64,000 nt of DNA from Octopus bimaculoides (taxonomy: Eukaryota). The stretch lies in the NCBI RefSeq assembly GCF_001194135.2, contig NC_068983.1, positions 152,339,496 to 152,403,495 of the forward strand. Reading direction: 5' to 3'. Each line of letters opens with the position of its first letter. Within the stretch, counting starts at the first letter, position 1. Below, piece after piece: positions 50,341 through 62,208 of the stretch. The notes below the pieces were generated by a model that saw only the letters and a program-made list of their open reading frames with translations, was not told the DNA's origin and did no database searches. The translations under genes and the position numbers were made by a program.

Positions 50341-51599
50341 ATTTCTAAAAAACGCAAAACCCTTTTTTTGTTATGGGAATCTACCAATTTATTTCTCACA
50401 ACGTACGCAATATAGAATATCACCAGACAGTTTTGCATAAATTTGATATGTTGCTTTTTTCTCTTAAATTTATGTTTGCTTTTGTTGAGTAGTTTCACAT
50501 TAAACTGTACTGAACGACCCTATGATTATATGAAATCTAGACATGATCCTTTCATTTGTTTTTTTCCCCATCCATACTATGCTTAAGACTACCTCATCCG
50601 ATGTGTCAGTTGTTTTATTTTTTGTACGAAGGCAATAGCGTTTGAACAATTTGCCAGTAATTTTTAGTAAACTGAGTAACAATGTTGAGGCTTCTCAATT
50701 AGAGAATTGTTATTTTCATTGTTGCTGTTATTTATACAACAGTTTTTGCTCATTAACTTCAAGTGAAACCCTTATCAAGTAAACCTGTGATCAAGAATGT
50801 TTCAGCTGTGATCTCATTTTTGCTTTTCAAATAAAATATATCTACGTACTCACTAGTCACTGTGATAATATGACACACAGTTTTAAAAATGACAGAGTGT
50901 CATATGAGGAAAATTTGCCTGCTATTTCTAGTAGATTGACTATATACACATTTCCCTAATTGTTATAATGTTGTTGTTGCTGTTGTTCTTGTTTAAGTCC
51001 AGCTAAATTCTAATTAATGCGAATTCTGATCAAAAGTGTTGAATCTGTGACCATACGTCTTTCATAAGGTATAGAACTATATACTTTCTTAACTTTTTAG
51101 GGAAGTGAGTTCAAGTAAGTATGACTGCTATTTCTAGCCGTTCGAGCAACCGCATAATATGTCTCGATGTAACTGTACGCTCTAAAGACTCTAACTACTT
51201 CCATATTAAGTATGTTTCATTTCCACTTTTTATAGAATTTCGAATGTTTGGTGCGCACCTGTAGTTGGAGCTTTACTTATTACCGACGTGAATGTCTAGA
51301 CATTTTAACTGAAGGCTTTAAAAAGCTCGTACATAATATATGGTACATCATCTATTCTGCACGAAAATGGTGCAACTGTGTAATAAAATAGAAATACTAA
51401 GAAGAAAGGTGAGATAAGAGAAAATAAAATATATGGTCCAATTCAATAAGTCAGAAGATATTACCACCACCATAACATCTACTGTTTACACTTTTTCATT
51501 AACAACAGAAGAATGCTACAAAAAGAATATCAGTTGCTTTCTCTATGACTGGAGTGTCTCCGCAGCTCGACAGTGCAGCCCTGTACGAGACTAGTAACA

Positions 51600-52750
51600 T
51601 TTTGCAGCATCCATTCAGTGTCTTTATAGTAGAATTTAAGGTAAAACGAGTCAGTGAAGCCTTGTAATGCAGAGTCTCCAAGGATCAGAATGTATCATAG
51701 GATCAAGGTGACAAAAAGAAGGAAATGGAAGGCTGAAAAAGCAGTGCAAATGGCAGAATCTCGTTTAAGGCAAAAAGAACTGGTGGGTGTCTTGACAACT
51801 GTCAGAACCGGCTTGAAATACTAGTCAAAGATCCATGTTGGCTAGGTCTAGAGCAAAGAGAGACATAATCTCATTCACAAGTGGTCCACGCAGGCGCAGA
51901 GGAAGAGATAGGGTTCAAATTGCAGGGAACATGTGTAGCAACGCAGACTTACTTGATCAGATATTATGCAAGTAAACCTCTATTATATATGGTTCTTTGT
52001 CCAGGTTGTTTATGATTCCTTGTAAAGTTCTGCTCACTTTGACATCTGGAACAAGAATGCATCACCATCTTGTTCGTTTTCTCTGAAAGAAAACTCTTAA
52101 AACATCTCACTAGCTGTCCCAAAGCCACTAGAAAAGATAGCTCTCGTTGGTACCATGATCAAGTTCTGAGGCGGTTGCTAAGAGCTAGTCACTGCCATCA
52201 GCTTGAAAGAAGAGAATTAAATTTGTTAAAATTAGACAGAAACAATATATAAAAAAAACAAAACAGGTGGGTCTTCTCTGCATTACATCTAGCTGGCAAA
52301 TGCATGTTTGTCTTGACAGACTGCTGAAATTTCTACAGTATGCAGCACCAACATCACTACGGCCAGACATGAGTTTTATTTCTGAAGGAAAAGCAAACGA
52401 ACAAAAAAAGCAAATGTTGATCCTGAAACAGGTGCCCGGAGAAGAGTTTGTTAATCAAGTCTCAAAGGAATCGTCCTAAATACCAAGAACTTGTGGCTTA
52501 ATGCTTGAACAGAGGCTAGAAAATATATTAAAAGCCTATAGAGGTGGAGTATAAAGCTTTGCAAGAATACTGGCTCTACAAGATTCTCAACTGATTAGGC
52601 TTTACAGGGGTGGCATAGTTGAAGGCCATTAAGTCTGCAAACGGAACCGTAGAGTAAGTCAACTTGAGGGTTTGGATTTAGAGGGATGGGCTACGCACTG
52701 CTGCTGGCAGGGTGCAAATCGGAAGCTGATCAAACCCAGCTGAGCACCTG
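51600..52750 (+). mobile_element. Degraded RLE-type non-LTR retrotransposon (HERO/R2-group-like) 3' region
   Basis: CPKA..WYHDQVLR, TSLRPDM, KYQELVA and P.EV.Y.GF-like traces in the order seen in HERO-clade C-termini; many frameshifts. Confidence 0.5.
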
Positions 52751-55527
52751 TCTAATGTAGAAGGGAGAATTGTCATTAAAGCGTTAGGTAGAATGTTTTA
52801 CAATATATGTTCCATCCCCTGCGTTTTACGTTCAAATCTTACCGAGGTCAACTTTGCTTTTCAGGACACTGAAGTTGCTGAGTAATGTAATAATCTCCCA
52901 GTCAGTACTGAGCTAGATTCTTCTTCACTTTCTTTCTGAATGAAAAAAAAAAAACGAAGATAAGAAAAGGAACTGCTTCACCAGGATTTGATGCCGAAGG
53001 CATATCGTATTTTATGACATCGGTCCCATTACTCCGTTAGGCGCAGTGGGGTGTAGGTATGAGTGTATATGTGTGTGGTATGAGTGTATGAGTACGCGTG
53101 TTTACATGAACAAAATCGTAGTAATTAATACATAGAATGTCAAATACCTTTAATAGTATCGTCCATTTGTGATATTTCAGGACTGGAAACCTCATCCCCA
53201 AGAATGCTGGGTAATCGTGAGAATGCACACTCAACCCCATGGACATCAGTAACATTTATAGATTATATTTTTCTTGCGCTTTTTGATATTGCATTATATA
53301 TCAATTAGAAATATAAAGGGTGAAGGAATTATTAAGTATGGCACAGAAGTGCTAATTTAAATAAATTAAAATTAGTAAATAAGTTGATCAGATAAAATTA
53401 CGAGAGTAACTTTGAGTTTGTTATATTTTATTGTGAGTTACCAGCATGCTTAACGAATACATAACAAAGGCGATAGTGACAGAATGCGTCTTATAGTGGT
53501 ATAATATTTTCCTGGCAAATTGTAAAGTTTTGATCCAATTAATCAGAAAGTAGCGAAATCTTCCAATGTGTCAGTAGTCATTTGTCAATATGGTGACAGT
53601 TTTTGAAAATCTCTGATCTGACGTTTTAATAGTATGTGGATTATTAAAGTTGTTTTCTATAAGACTCTTTTCAGCTATGCATAATTCATGACTTTTTGTA
53701 CTATTTCTGTATAGTCTGTATCTCTTGAATAGATTTGCTGCATTCTTCTTTTCAATATACTTGGAAGAAGTATGATTGAAATGTCGTTTAAATATATTCT
53801 TTTTACTCTATCTACATAATGTCTGCGTACAATATTTTGCTTTGGTTGGAGCGGTGACTTCAACGTTGCATGGTCGATTAAGAGGAACATTCGTTTATAT
53901 TACTGGATATGCAGTTTGCCTTGATTAACTAAGTTCATATCCTTTTTATTAAGTTTTCTTACTCTTGTTTTAGGCGTAGCTTACTTGAAAGTTATGTGTA
54001 TTAAATAACTTTTACTGTTCTGCGTTATGGAGGGAACGCTTATTTATAAACGACTGACAGTTTTTGCAATGTGGTTCTTGCCATTTAAGCCATTCTTGGC
54101 TATATCAGATAATTATTCTGCGGTATCTCTTCTTACTATCAGATGGCACGCAAGATTATAGGAATTTCGTTATATCATGTCTGAATCTCTCAGCTAGCTA
54201 CTACTACGGCGTGAAGACACGATAATACTTCCAAGATGGTTCCTCTAAGAGTTTTGGAGCAAGACCTCTTTGAATCCAACATTCCAGACATGATACTCAA
54301 CTTAAATGCTCTTCAGATTAAAATACATTTCAAAGTGAACTTGACTCTAATATGAAGAAAGTTAAGAATAAAAATTAAAAAAACAGCAAAAATTCATATT
54401 CTGATATAAAAATAAAACACTTTATGAAGTAAAAATTAGTACCTGAAACAAATCCCTAAATAAAGCTATCCCAAACTATAAAATCTTAGCGTAAACAATA
54501 GGCCAAAAATATGTCACAAAATTAAGTTATATTATACATTAAAATATTTACACAAATGTACAGTGTACACTCTATGAGTTGTTTAGTCACATCAAATAGC
54601 ATGTCACCATTACATTGACCGAAACACTTTCTAAAAAATATAGTAAAGACTTGCTAGCGTGCATGGTAACTCTAATTTCAAATCGCCAATAGGGGTAAAA
54701 TTCTAATCTAATCAATTAGTAAGATTACACTAAGTCAAACTGTGTAAACTTTCGATTTATTTATTGTCTATGTTTGAAAGATCGATGGAATACTATGAAG
54801 CTATTTTCAATAATTTTAAACTCGTGGCTAGATTAATTATTTGCAATAGTCGCGTTTAAAATATATTTAGTATATTTACTAAGTAGATATATTTTGTTTG
54901 ATGCGGGGTCAATTAACCTATACTGGAGTAAACTTGAAGACAATCATTATAATCTTGAAATGTAATTTGGCATTCATGTTGCAAAACGTTCGGCTCTATG
55001 ATCTATTTTAAACTTGATGGCTCATGTGAGGATACTTATTTTCTGTACGCAACTGTAATGTTGCTTGAAAGAAGGTGAGACTATATAAGTATTTTCTTCT
55101 CATAAATGTATTGTTTGTTAGAATGAATAAGTAGTTTTCGAATTATTAAGTGCTGTTTTATCTTTCTTTCACCGCTCTTGAAAGGTGTTTATGTGAGAAT
55201 AAATCTTGCCTTTCTTATCTCAAATAAAACGCACTCAAAATCCTTCAGTAATTTGTTACTCGGAGGGTGTGTGGAATTTTGTGTCTTAAGGCCATATGTT
55301 TAGTCACTAGAGACATCGAAGAATTATGATTCTATCGCATTTTCCTTATCTAGCTTCCCGTTTGCTTTCTATTAAAATGCTTTACATATGCATTTCCAGA
55401 AAAGTAGGAATGTTCAGTCTTGAATATGGCACTGACTGCTAGTTAAGAATCTTGTATGTACAGCTCTCGAAAATTAAGAGGCATACCTGTATACATGCAC
55501 GTTGGTGCAACTGTTCACATACATACA

Positions 55528-55565
<38 letters not shown>

Positions 55566-55580
55566 NNNNNNNNNNATATA

Positions 55581-55616
<36 letters not shown>

Positions 55617-56676
55617 ACATATGGTAGAATTATAAACAGGGCAAATTTTATTGGGTTCTCATCAGAGGCGTCTACACCATTCTGACAGTTTCTAGAGAAC
55701 AAGCAGCCAAACTCTTTATATACTCAACAAATGCAGCAGTTACTCTATGAAGGAGTCCCTAATTTGCATACCGAAAGTGTTTAATACTATATAAATACCA
55801 GCGGCCTGTTATCGGGGCCTCAAAATAATAACTGTAATTAATAATGTACACCGCACAACTTGAACAATTAACTCTCCGAAAGTTTGCCACAGATATACTA
55901 ACAATAACAAGACTCTTATCTCTGGTATTATCAGAAATGAAACTACTTTCTTTCCTTCTAGCACATAATCAACATCAATCCAATTGACCCACTATCCTTT
56001 CATACACACTTGAAGGCAAATGTCTTAGTAAGAAATGTTATACTGTATTAATTTAAATTTGACAGTTCTAATTAAAAAAGATAATTTAGTCTAAAGAGAA
56101 CGTGACTTTGAAACTAAATACACGCACAAGGCATAACGTTTTCGTAACCAGGAAAGATAAATGCATCAACTCTTTCTTATATCATGTTTAAAGAATGAAA
56201 AGCAAATGTATTACTAAATTTAAGATAATGTAGTGAAAGTTTTAATTTGTCTGACCATATTCTTGAAGAAATAGGTCGTGATGGTTGTGTTCCTNNNNNN
56301 NNNNNNNNNNNNNNNNNNNNNNNNNNNNNNNNNNNNNNNNNNNNNNNNNNNNNNNNNNNNNNNNNNNNNNNNNNNNNNNNNNNNNNNNNNNNNNNNNNNN
56401 NNNNNNNNNNNNNNNNNNNNNNNNNNNNNNNNNNNNNNNNNNNNNNNNNNNNNNNNNNNNNNNNNNNNNNNNNNNNNNNNNNNNNNNNNNNNNNNNNNNN
56501 NNNNNNNNNNNNNNNNNNNNNNNNNNNNNNNNNNNNNNNNNNNNNNNNNNNNAAAACCGTTACTCTGAGTTTCACGTTCCCGTTCATCGGACAGTTTTAA
56601 ATAAAGCATATTACTCTACCTCTGGTATTTGAGTACTCTTTTTTCCACCTTGTTGCACATTTCATGTGCTTACTCC

Positions 56677-56711
<35 letters not shown>

Positions 56712-56718
56712 GCACATA

Positions 56719-57425
56719 CAGGCTGTTTCAAAAAGTTTTGTATCATTTCACAATCTAATAACTTTGCCAGTTCTTGTTCAAATGACTTCAAATTTAACAG
56801 CATATGTAGAAACAAGTCAAAATTTTATGTTTAATGTTTGATATGTTTATCTTTTCAGGTATAGAAATTGCATTCACTGGAAGAAAAGGGGGTTTTGTGT
56901 GTTGAAGTATGCTCGAACACAGTCGAACAAGACTGTGTAGCGGGCATTTGTAAGAGAGTTCTCGAAAAAGTCACCAGCGGCAATGCAGATTTAGACATGG
57001 CATAAAAAATTCAAAGAAGAAGGCTGTCTGTGCAGAGCGAAAGGATCTGGACTAACATAGGAAGAGACGGTCGAGCGGGTTCGCCAAAAACTCTTGCGAA
57101 GCCCCAAGAAGTCCATAAGAAGAAGAAGAAGTCTGGAAACCCAGATTTCTCCAACGACAGTTTAACACTTGCTAATGAAACCCTACAGACTGCAACACGT
57201 GCAGGCCATAACGGCAGATGACAAGCGAAAGCGCAAAAATGGGGCTATGTGAAGGGCCTGGTCTATGACTCCTTCTTCCTGCAAACCTAGAGGAACTAGA
57301 GCAGATAATCACTACCACACTGGAGGCTGTTACCCAAGACATGCTGCAGCCTGTTTGGAAGGAGCTGGACTACCGACTTGACGTATGCCGTGTCTCAGGC
57401 GGTACGCATGTTGAACATTTGTGAA
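56719..57425 (+). mobile_element. Internally deleted Tc1/mariner (DD37D-like) element; right TIR not seen
   Basis: ta|CAGGCTGTTTCAAAAAG left end; FCVLKYARTQSNKTV..WHKKFKEEGCLCRAKGSG..MKPYRLQHVQAITADDKRKRK fused to WGYVKGLVY..ELDYRLDVCRVSGGTHVEHL*. Confidence 0.8.
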
Positions 57426-58649
57426 ATCGTTCACGGAATCCACATACCTTTGAATTTGTCGTTCAAATTTTGGAGGAATAAATCTTATGTTACTTAACAT
57501 TAAGCTTGTTTAGTTTCATTTGCTTTGACTATGTAGTTTCTTATTTCTTTACTGCCCACAAGGGGTTACACAGAGAGGGGACAAAAAGGGACAGACAAAC
57601 GGATTAAGCCGATTATATCGACCCCNNNNNNNNNNNNNNNNNNNNNNNNNNNNNNNNNNNNNNNNNNNNNNNNNNNNNNNNNNNNNNNNNNNNNNNNNNN
57701 NNNNNNNNNNNNNNNNNNNNNNNNNNNNNNNNNNNNNNNNNNNNNNNNNNNNNNNNNNNNNNNNNNNNNNNNNNNNNNNNNNNNNNNNNNNNNNNNNNNN
57801 NNNNNNNNNNNNNNNNNNNNNNNNNNNNNNNNNNNNNNNNNNNNNNNNNNNNNNNNNNNNNNNNNNNNNNNNNNNNNNNNNNNNNNNNNNNNNNNNNNNN
57901 NNNNNNNNNNNNNNNNNNNNNNNNNNNNNNNNNNNNNNNNNNNNNNNNNNNNNNNNNNNNNNNNNNNNNNNNNNNNNNNNNNNNNNNNNNNNNNNNNNNN
58001 NNNNNNNNNNNNNNNNNNNNNNNNNNNNNNNNNNNNNNNNNNNNNNNNNNNNNNNNNNNNNNNNNNNNNNNNNNNNNNNNNNNNNNNNNNNNNNNNNNNN
58101 NNNNNNNNNNNNNNNNNNNNNNNNNNNNNNNNNNNNNNNNNNNNNNNNNNNNNNNNNNNNNNNNNNNNNNNNNNNNNNNNNNNNNNNNNNNNNNNNNNNN
58201 NNNNNNNNNNNNNNNNNNNNNNNNNNNNNNNNNNNNNNNNNNNNNNNNNNNNNNNNNNNNNNNNNNNNNNNNNNNNNNNNNNNNNNNNNNNNNNNNNNNN
58301 NNNNNNNNNNNNNNNNNNNNNNNNNNNNNNNNNNNNNNNNNNNNNNNNNNNNNNNNNNNNNNNNNNNNNNNNNNNNNNNNNNNNNNNNNNNNNNNNNNNN
58401 NNNNNNNNNNNNNNNNNNNNNNNNNNNNNNNNNNNNNNNNNNNNNNNNNNNNNNNNNNNNNNNNNNNNNNNNNNNNNNNNNNNNNNNNNNNNNNNNNNNN
58501 NNNNNNNNNNNNNNNNNNNNNNNNNNNNNNNNNNNNNNNNNNNNNNNNNNNNNNNNNNNNNNNNNNNNNNNNNNNNNNNTATATATATATATATATATAT
58601 ATACATATATATAATTTTATTCTTTTACACTTTTCAGCTCGAAACACCG

Positions 58650-59000
58650 CCAGTATAATCACCTTTTCAATGGCCAATCTTAAGTGATTGGCCTTTGGTG
58701 AAGGAGGGAGTTCGATATTACTGCCCTCTTTTGAGTCTCCTACCTTGATATTGGTTCGTCTGGGACCTTGGATAGCAAGACGTGAAGTTGTTTCTTAAAA
58801 ACATCTACCCCTACTCCATGAAGATCCCTCAGATGTTCTGACAACGCGTTTAGCTGTGGGCCCTTGAATCTCAAGCTATTGCAGTACATGGTCCTCACTC
58901 TAACTAGGAAAAATGGGAAATTTGCAACGGGTTCTGCTATAGCTCTCGATTCCAATGTCTGGTGCCAACTCCTCCAGTATCTTCCACATTATATCACTAC
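58650..59000 (-). mobile_element. CR1-group LINE 3' fragment
   Basis: CNSLRFKGPQLNALSEHLRDLHGVGVDVFKKQLHVLLSKVPDEP, typical CR1-group C-terminus. Confidence 0.65.
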
Positions 59001-59084
59001 ACACCTCTCTCTGTCTCACTCTCTCTCTGTCTGTCTCTGTCTGTCTCTCTGTTTCTGTCTGTCTGTCTGTCTCTCTCTCGCTAC

Positions 59085-59127
<43 letters not shown>

Positions 59128-59227
59128 NNNNNNNNNNNNNNNNNNNNNNNNNNNNNNNNNNNNNNNNNNNNNNNNNNNNNNNNNNNNNNNNNNNNNNNNN
59201 NNNNNNNNNNNNNNNNNNNNNNNNNNN

Positions 59228-59320
59228 AGCAAACCACAGCACATACCCAAGGCGCACAGAGTTGCGCTCGGTAGTGATGTGAAAGCACGTTATAAAACTA
59301 AAACTACTGAACAATAATAA
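59228..59320 (+). mobile_element. R4/Dong 3' UTR (second copy)
   Basis: About 90-95% identical to 30425-30510, including the GCGCA-6 nt-TGCGC hairpin and (AAT)n tail. Confidence 0.85.
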
Positions 59321-59528
59321 TGATAATAATAATAAAAATAATAATCCTTTCTACTATCGGCACAAGGCCTGAAATTTGGGGAGCAGGGACAAGTCGATGA
59401 CATCGAGCCCGGTGCTCAGCTGGTACTTAATTTATCGACCCCGAAAGCATGAAAGGCAAAATAGACCTCGACAGAATTTGAACTCAGAACATAGCGACGT
59501 GCAAAATAACGCGAAGCATTTTTCCGGT

Positions 59529-59560
<32 letters not shown>

Positions 59561-59564
<4 letters not shown>

Positions 59565-60081
59565 GAAGAGTGCCATTTGTTATCTAGTGAACGATATTTC
59601 GACATCTCGTGTGTCTTCAACTGGTTCAAAAAATAAATTTGTCAATCTACTTCATTTTGGTTAATATAGAAAGGATTGAGGTAACTCCTCCTGAAGATAT
59701 AGAGTCAAAATTAAAAGAAGAGTGCCATTTGTTATCTAGTGAACGATATTTCGACATCTCGTGTGTCTTCAACTGGTTCAAANNNNNNNNNNNNNNNNNN
59801 NNNNNNAAAATGAAGTAGATTGACAAATTTATTTTTTGAACCAGTTGAAGACACACGAGATGTCGAAATATCGTTCACTAGATAACAAATGGCACTCTTC
59901 TTTTAATTTTGACTCTATATCTTCAGGAGGAGTTACCTCAATCCTTTCTATATTAACCAAAATGAAGTAGATTGACAAATTTATTTTTTGAACCAGTTGA
60001 AGACACACGAGATGTCGAAATATCGTTCACTAGATAAATGGCACTCTTCTTTTAATTTTGACTCTATATCTTCCTTTCTAT

Positions 60082-60086
<5 letters not shown>
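59561..60086. repeat. 152-bp tandem repeat in a head-to-head inverted array, embedded in (TAA)n
   Basis: Period 152 (59561/59713; 59807/59959); the right arm is the reverse complement of the left arm units; 24 N at the centre. Confidence 0.9.
59837..59877 (+). ncRNA. Hammerhead-like fold with non-canonical core (identical copies at 59989-60029 +, 59588-59628 -, 59740-59780 -)
   Basis: TGAAC-CAGTTGA-A-GACA-CACGAGA-TGTC-GAA-ATAT-C-GTTCA: perfect 5-bp helix I, 4-bp helix II, palindromic ATAT, AUC site; core differs from CUGANGA at positions 4 and 6. Confidence 0.55.
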
Positions 60087-60137
<51 letters not shown>

Positions 60138-60279
60138 TAATAATAATGGTTTCAAATCAAATTTTGGCCCAAGGCCAGCAATTTTGAGGAGGAATTAGTC
60201 GATTAGATGGACCCCTGTGTTCAGTTGGTGCTTATGTTATCAACCCCGAAAGGATGAAAGGTTAAAACACATGGGTAGT

Positions 60280-60530
60280 AATCGTTCTTACATGGACAAC
60301 GCTCTTTTCAATACGTGTGAAGTATCAGTTAAAGCATTTCTTGCAGGGGTGGTTAGCCAGGAATTATTCTCAAATAATTTTCAGTTCCTTTTTTAATCAT
60401 TCCTAGTGCTCCTACAGTCACTGGTATTGTAACTGTCTTGAGATGTTTTCAATTTTAATGAGCAAATCTTCATATTTTCTCAGTTTATCAATTTTTTTTT
60501 GCTGAGATCACAATGAATATTCATGTCAAG
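60280..60530 (-). mobile_element. Old R4/Dong-like 3' end
   Basis: KLRKYEDLLIKI..LKTVTIPVTVGALGMIKKGTENYLRIIPG..TSHVLKRALSM parallels the 30185-30409 peptide. Confidence 0.65.
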
Positions 60531-60759
60531 AATAATAATAGTTTCAAATTTATGAACAATGCCAACAATCTCAGGCAGGGATAAGTCAATTACATCAATC
60601 CCACTGTTCGACCGGTTCGGTTTGGATACCGAAAGGATGAAAGATAAAGTCGTTAAAAATAAGAATAAGAAAAGATTTCGGGCGCAATATAATTTGATTC
60701 AATCCACCATTTAATATTAGCCCATGAACATACGTAACCTGAAACTTCTTAATGGAAAG

Positions 60760-60910
60760 AAAGAAACACTTTTCTCAATCCCCTGATTTGTATGAGAAAA
60801 CTGGGAGGCCTTTCCGTTCTCGAGTGACCAATTACAAACAGCTGCTAGATATCCTTCAAAATCATGTTGGTAATGTAGATTCACATGAACGACTCTGCAA
60901 ACAATGGTGA
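60760..60910 (+). mobile_element. Possible PLE GIY-YIG endonuclease remnant
   Basis: LYEKTGRPFRSRVTNYKQLLDILQNHVGNVDSHERLC resembles YIGxTGRxxxxRxxxHxxxI; short and degraded. Confidence 0.35.
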
Positions 60911-61435
60911 TCATCATGAATATGACGATGGCTTATACTCTATGTGTATGCTTGCATACATACATACATACATGCATACATACATACATGCATACATACA
61001 TGCATACATACATATACATGTGAACCGAAGAATAAAAAAAAACCTACAGCGGAATTTGAACTCAGAACTTGAAAACGGACGAAATGCCACTAAGCATTTT
61101 TCCCGGCACACTAACAATTCTGTCAGCTCACTTCCTTGAATACGTCTAATAATGTTTGTGTTACATATAACGTATAGGTGATGGGTGACCTACCTGTAAA
61201 ATGATTTATTTATAGGTATCAAGTGCATGTGGCGTACATTAACTCACTCCCTCCATTAAATTGACGCTGTCTCTACAGTTGCGCGGTGGTCAGGTGTCAG
61301 ATGTCGAAGTGATCGCAGTATAACGTGATATGAACACGGTGCACTACCCTGCCTAGGAACTGAACCCACAACCTCTCGATCGTAAATGCAGCAGCTTAAC
61401 TAGGCTATGCGCCATCACACACATATATATATATT

Positions 61436-61489
<54 letters not shown>

Positions 61490-61938
61490 GTATATTTGTA
61501 TGTACGTATGTCTTTTACTGGTTCGTTTACCGTATTTCTTTTCAATGCTACATTGTGCATATATAAATAGATTATTTGTGACAGCTTATATAAGAAACAG
61601 ATGTAAACATTTCACTGTTATATAAAATATCTTCAAAACTGAAAAACAAACCTGACTATTTGTCATTCTCTGTTGGGATTTCATCAACAACTTAGTATTT
61701 TCCTTGACTGTTTACGAAAGAAATGCTTATAAACCTACTACGACTAACAGCTTGAGTAAACCGTGTAAATTGTTTTGCATATATAACGTATTCTTGGCAC
61801 ATATTTCAATTAATAAATTATTGATGAATGTCCCCGACGATACTCTGTTTAAATACATGGCATTTGTAAGTCTTTACATAGAGTATTGGCTAAAATCTAT
61901 AGATACTGCAGTACAATAGAGCACTGTAACAACACTGC

Positions 61939-61994
<56 letters not shown>

Positions 61995-62156
61995 CACATA
62001 CATCTACAATATCTCGGTGAGGGATAAGGTGTATTTTAAGCATTGATTAATGAAATTTATCGATCAATTATAGAGTCATTGTATTTTCTCTACAAGCCTC
62101 ATTTATGCTAGAGATTAACCAATAGCTTTTACCAAATCACTTGACTGATCCTACAA

Positions 62157-62208
<52 letters not shown>

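Noticed and set aside
53600-53900. Possible pogo/Tigger transposase trace (KSPLQPKQNIVRRHY)
   Set aside because: Similarity too weak and no TIRs found.
55755-55990. Octamer ATTTGCAT and TATATAAATA upstream of MKLLSFLLAHNQHQSN*
   Set aside because: ORF is only 16 codons with no splice donor; such motifs are common in AT-rich DNA.
1890-59317. Many 100-350 aa ORFs containing X runs or (YI)n, (CV)n, (RE)n, poly-L/T
   Set aside because: Created by N gaps and di/trinucleotide microsatellites.
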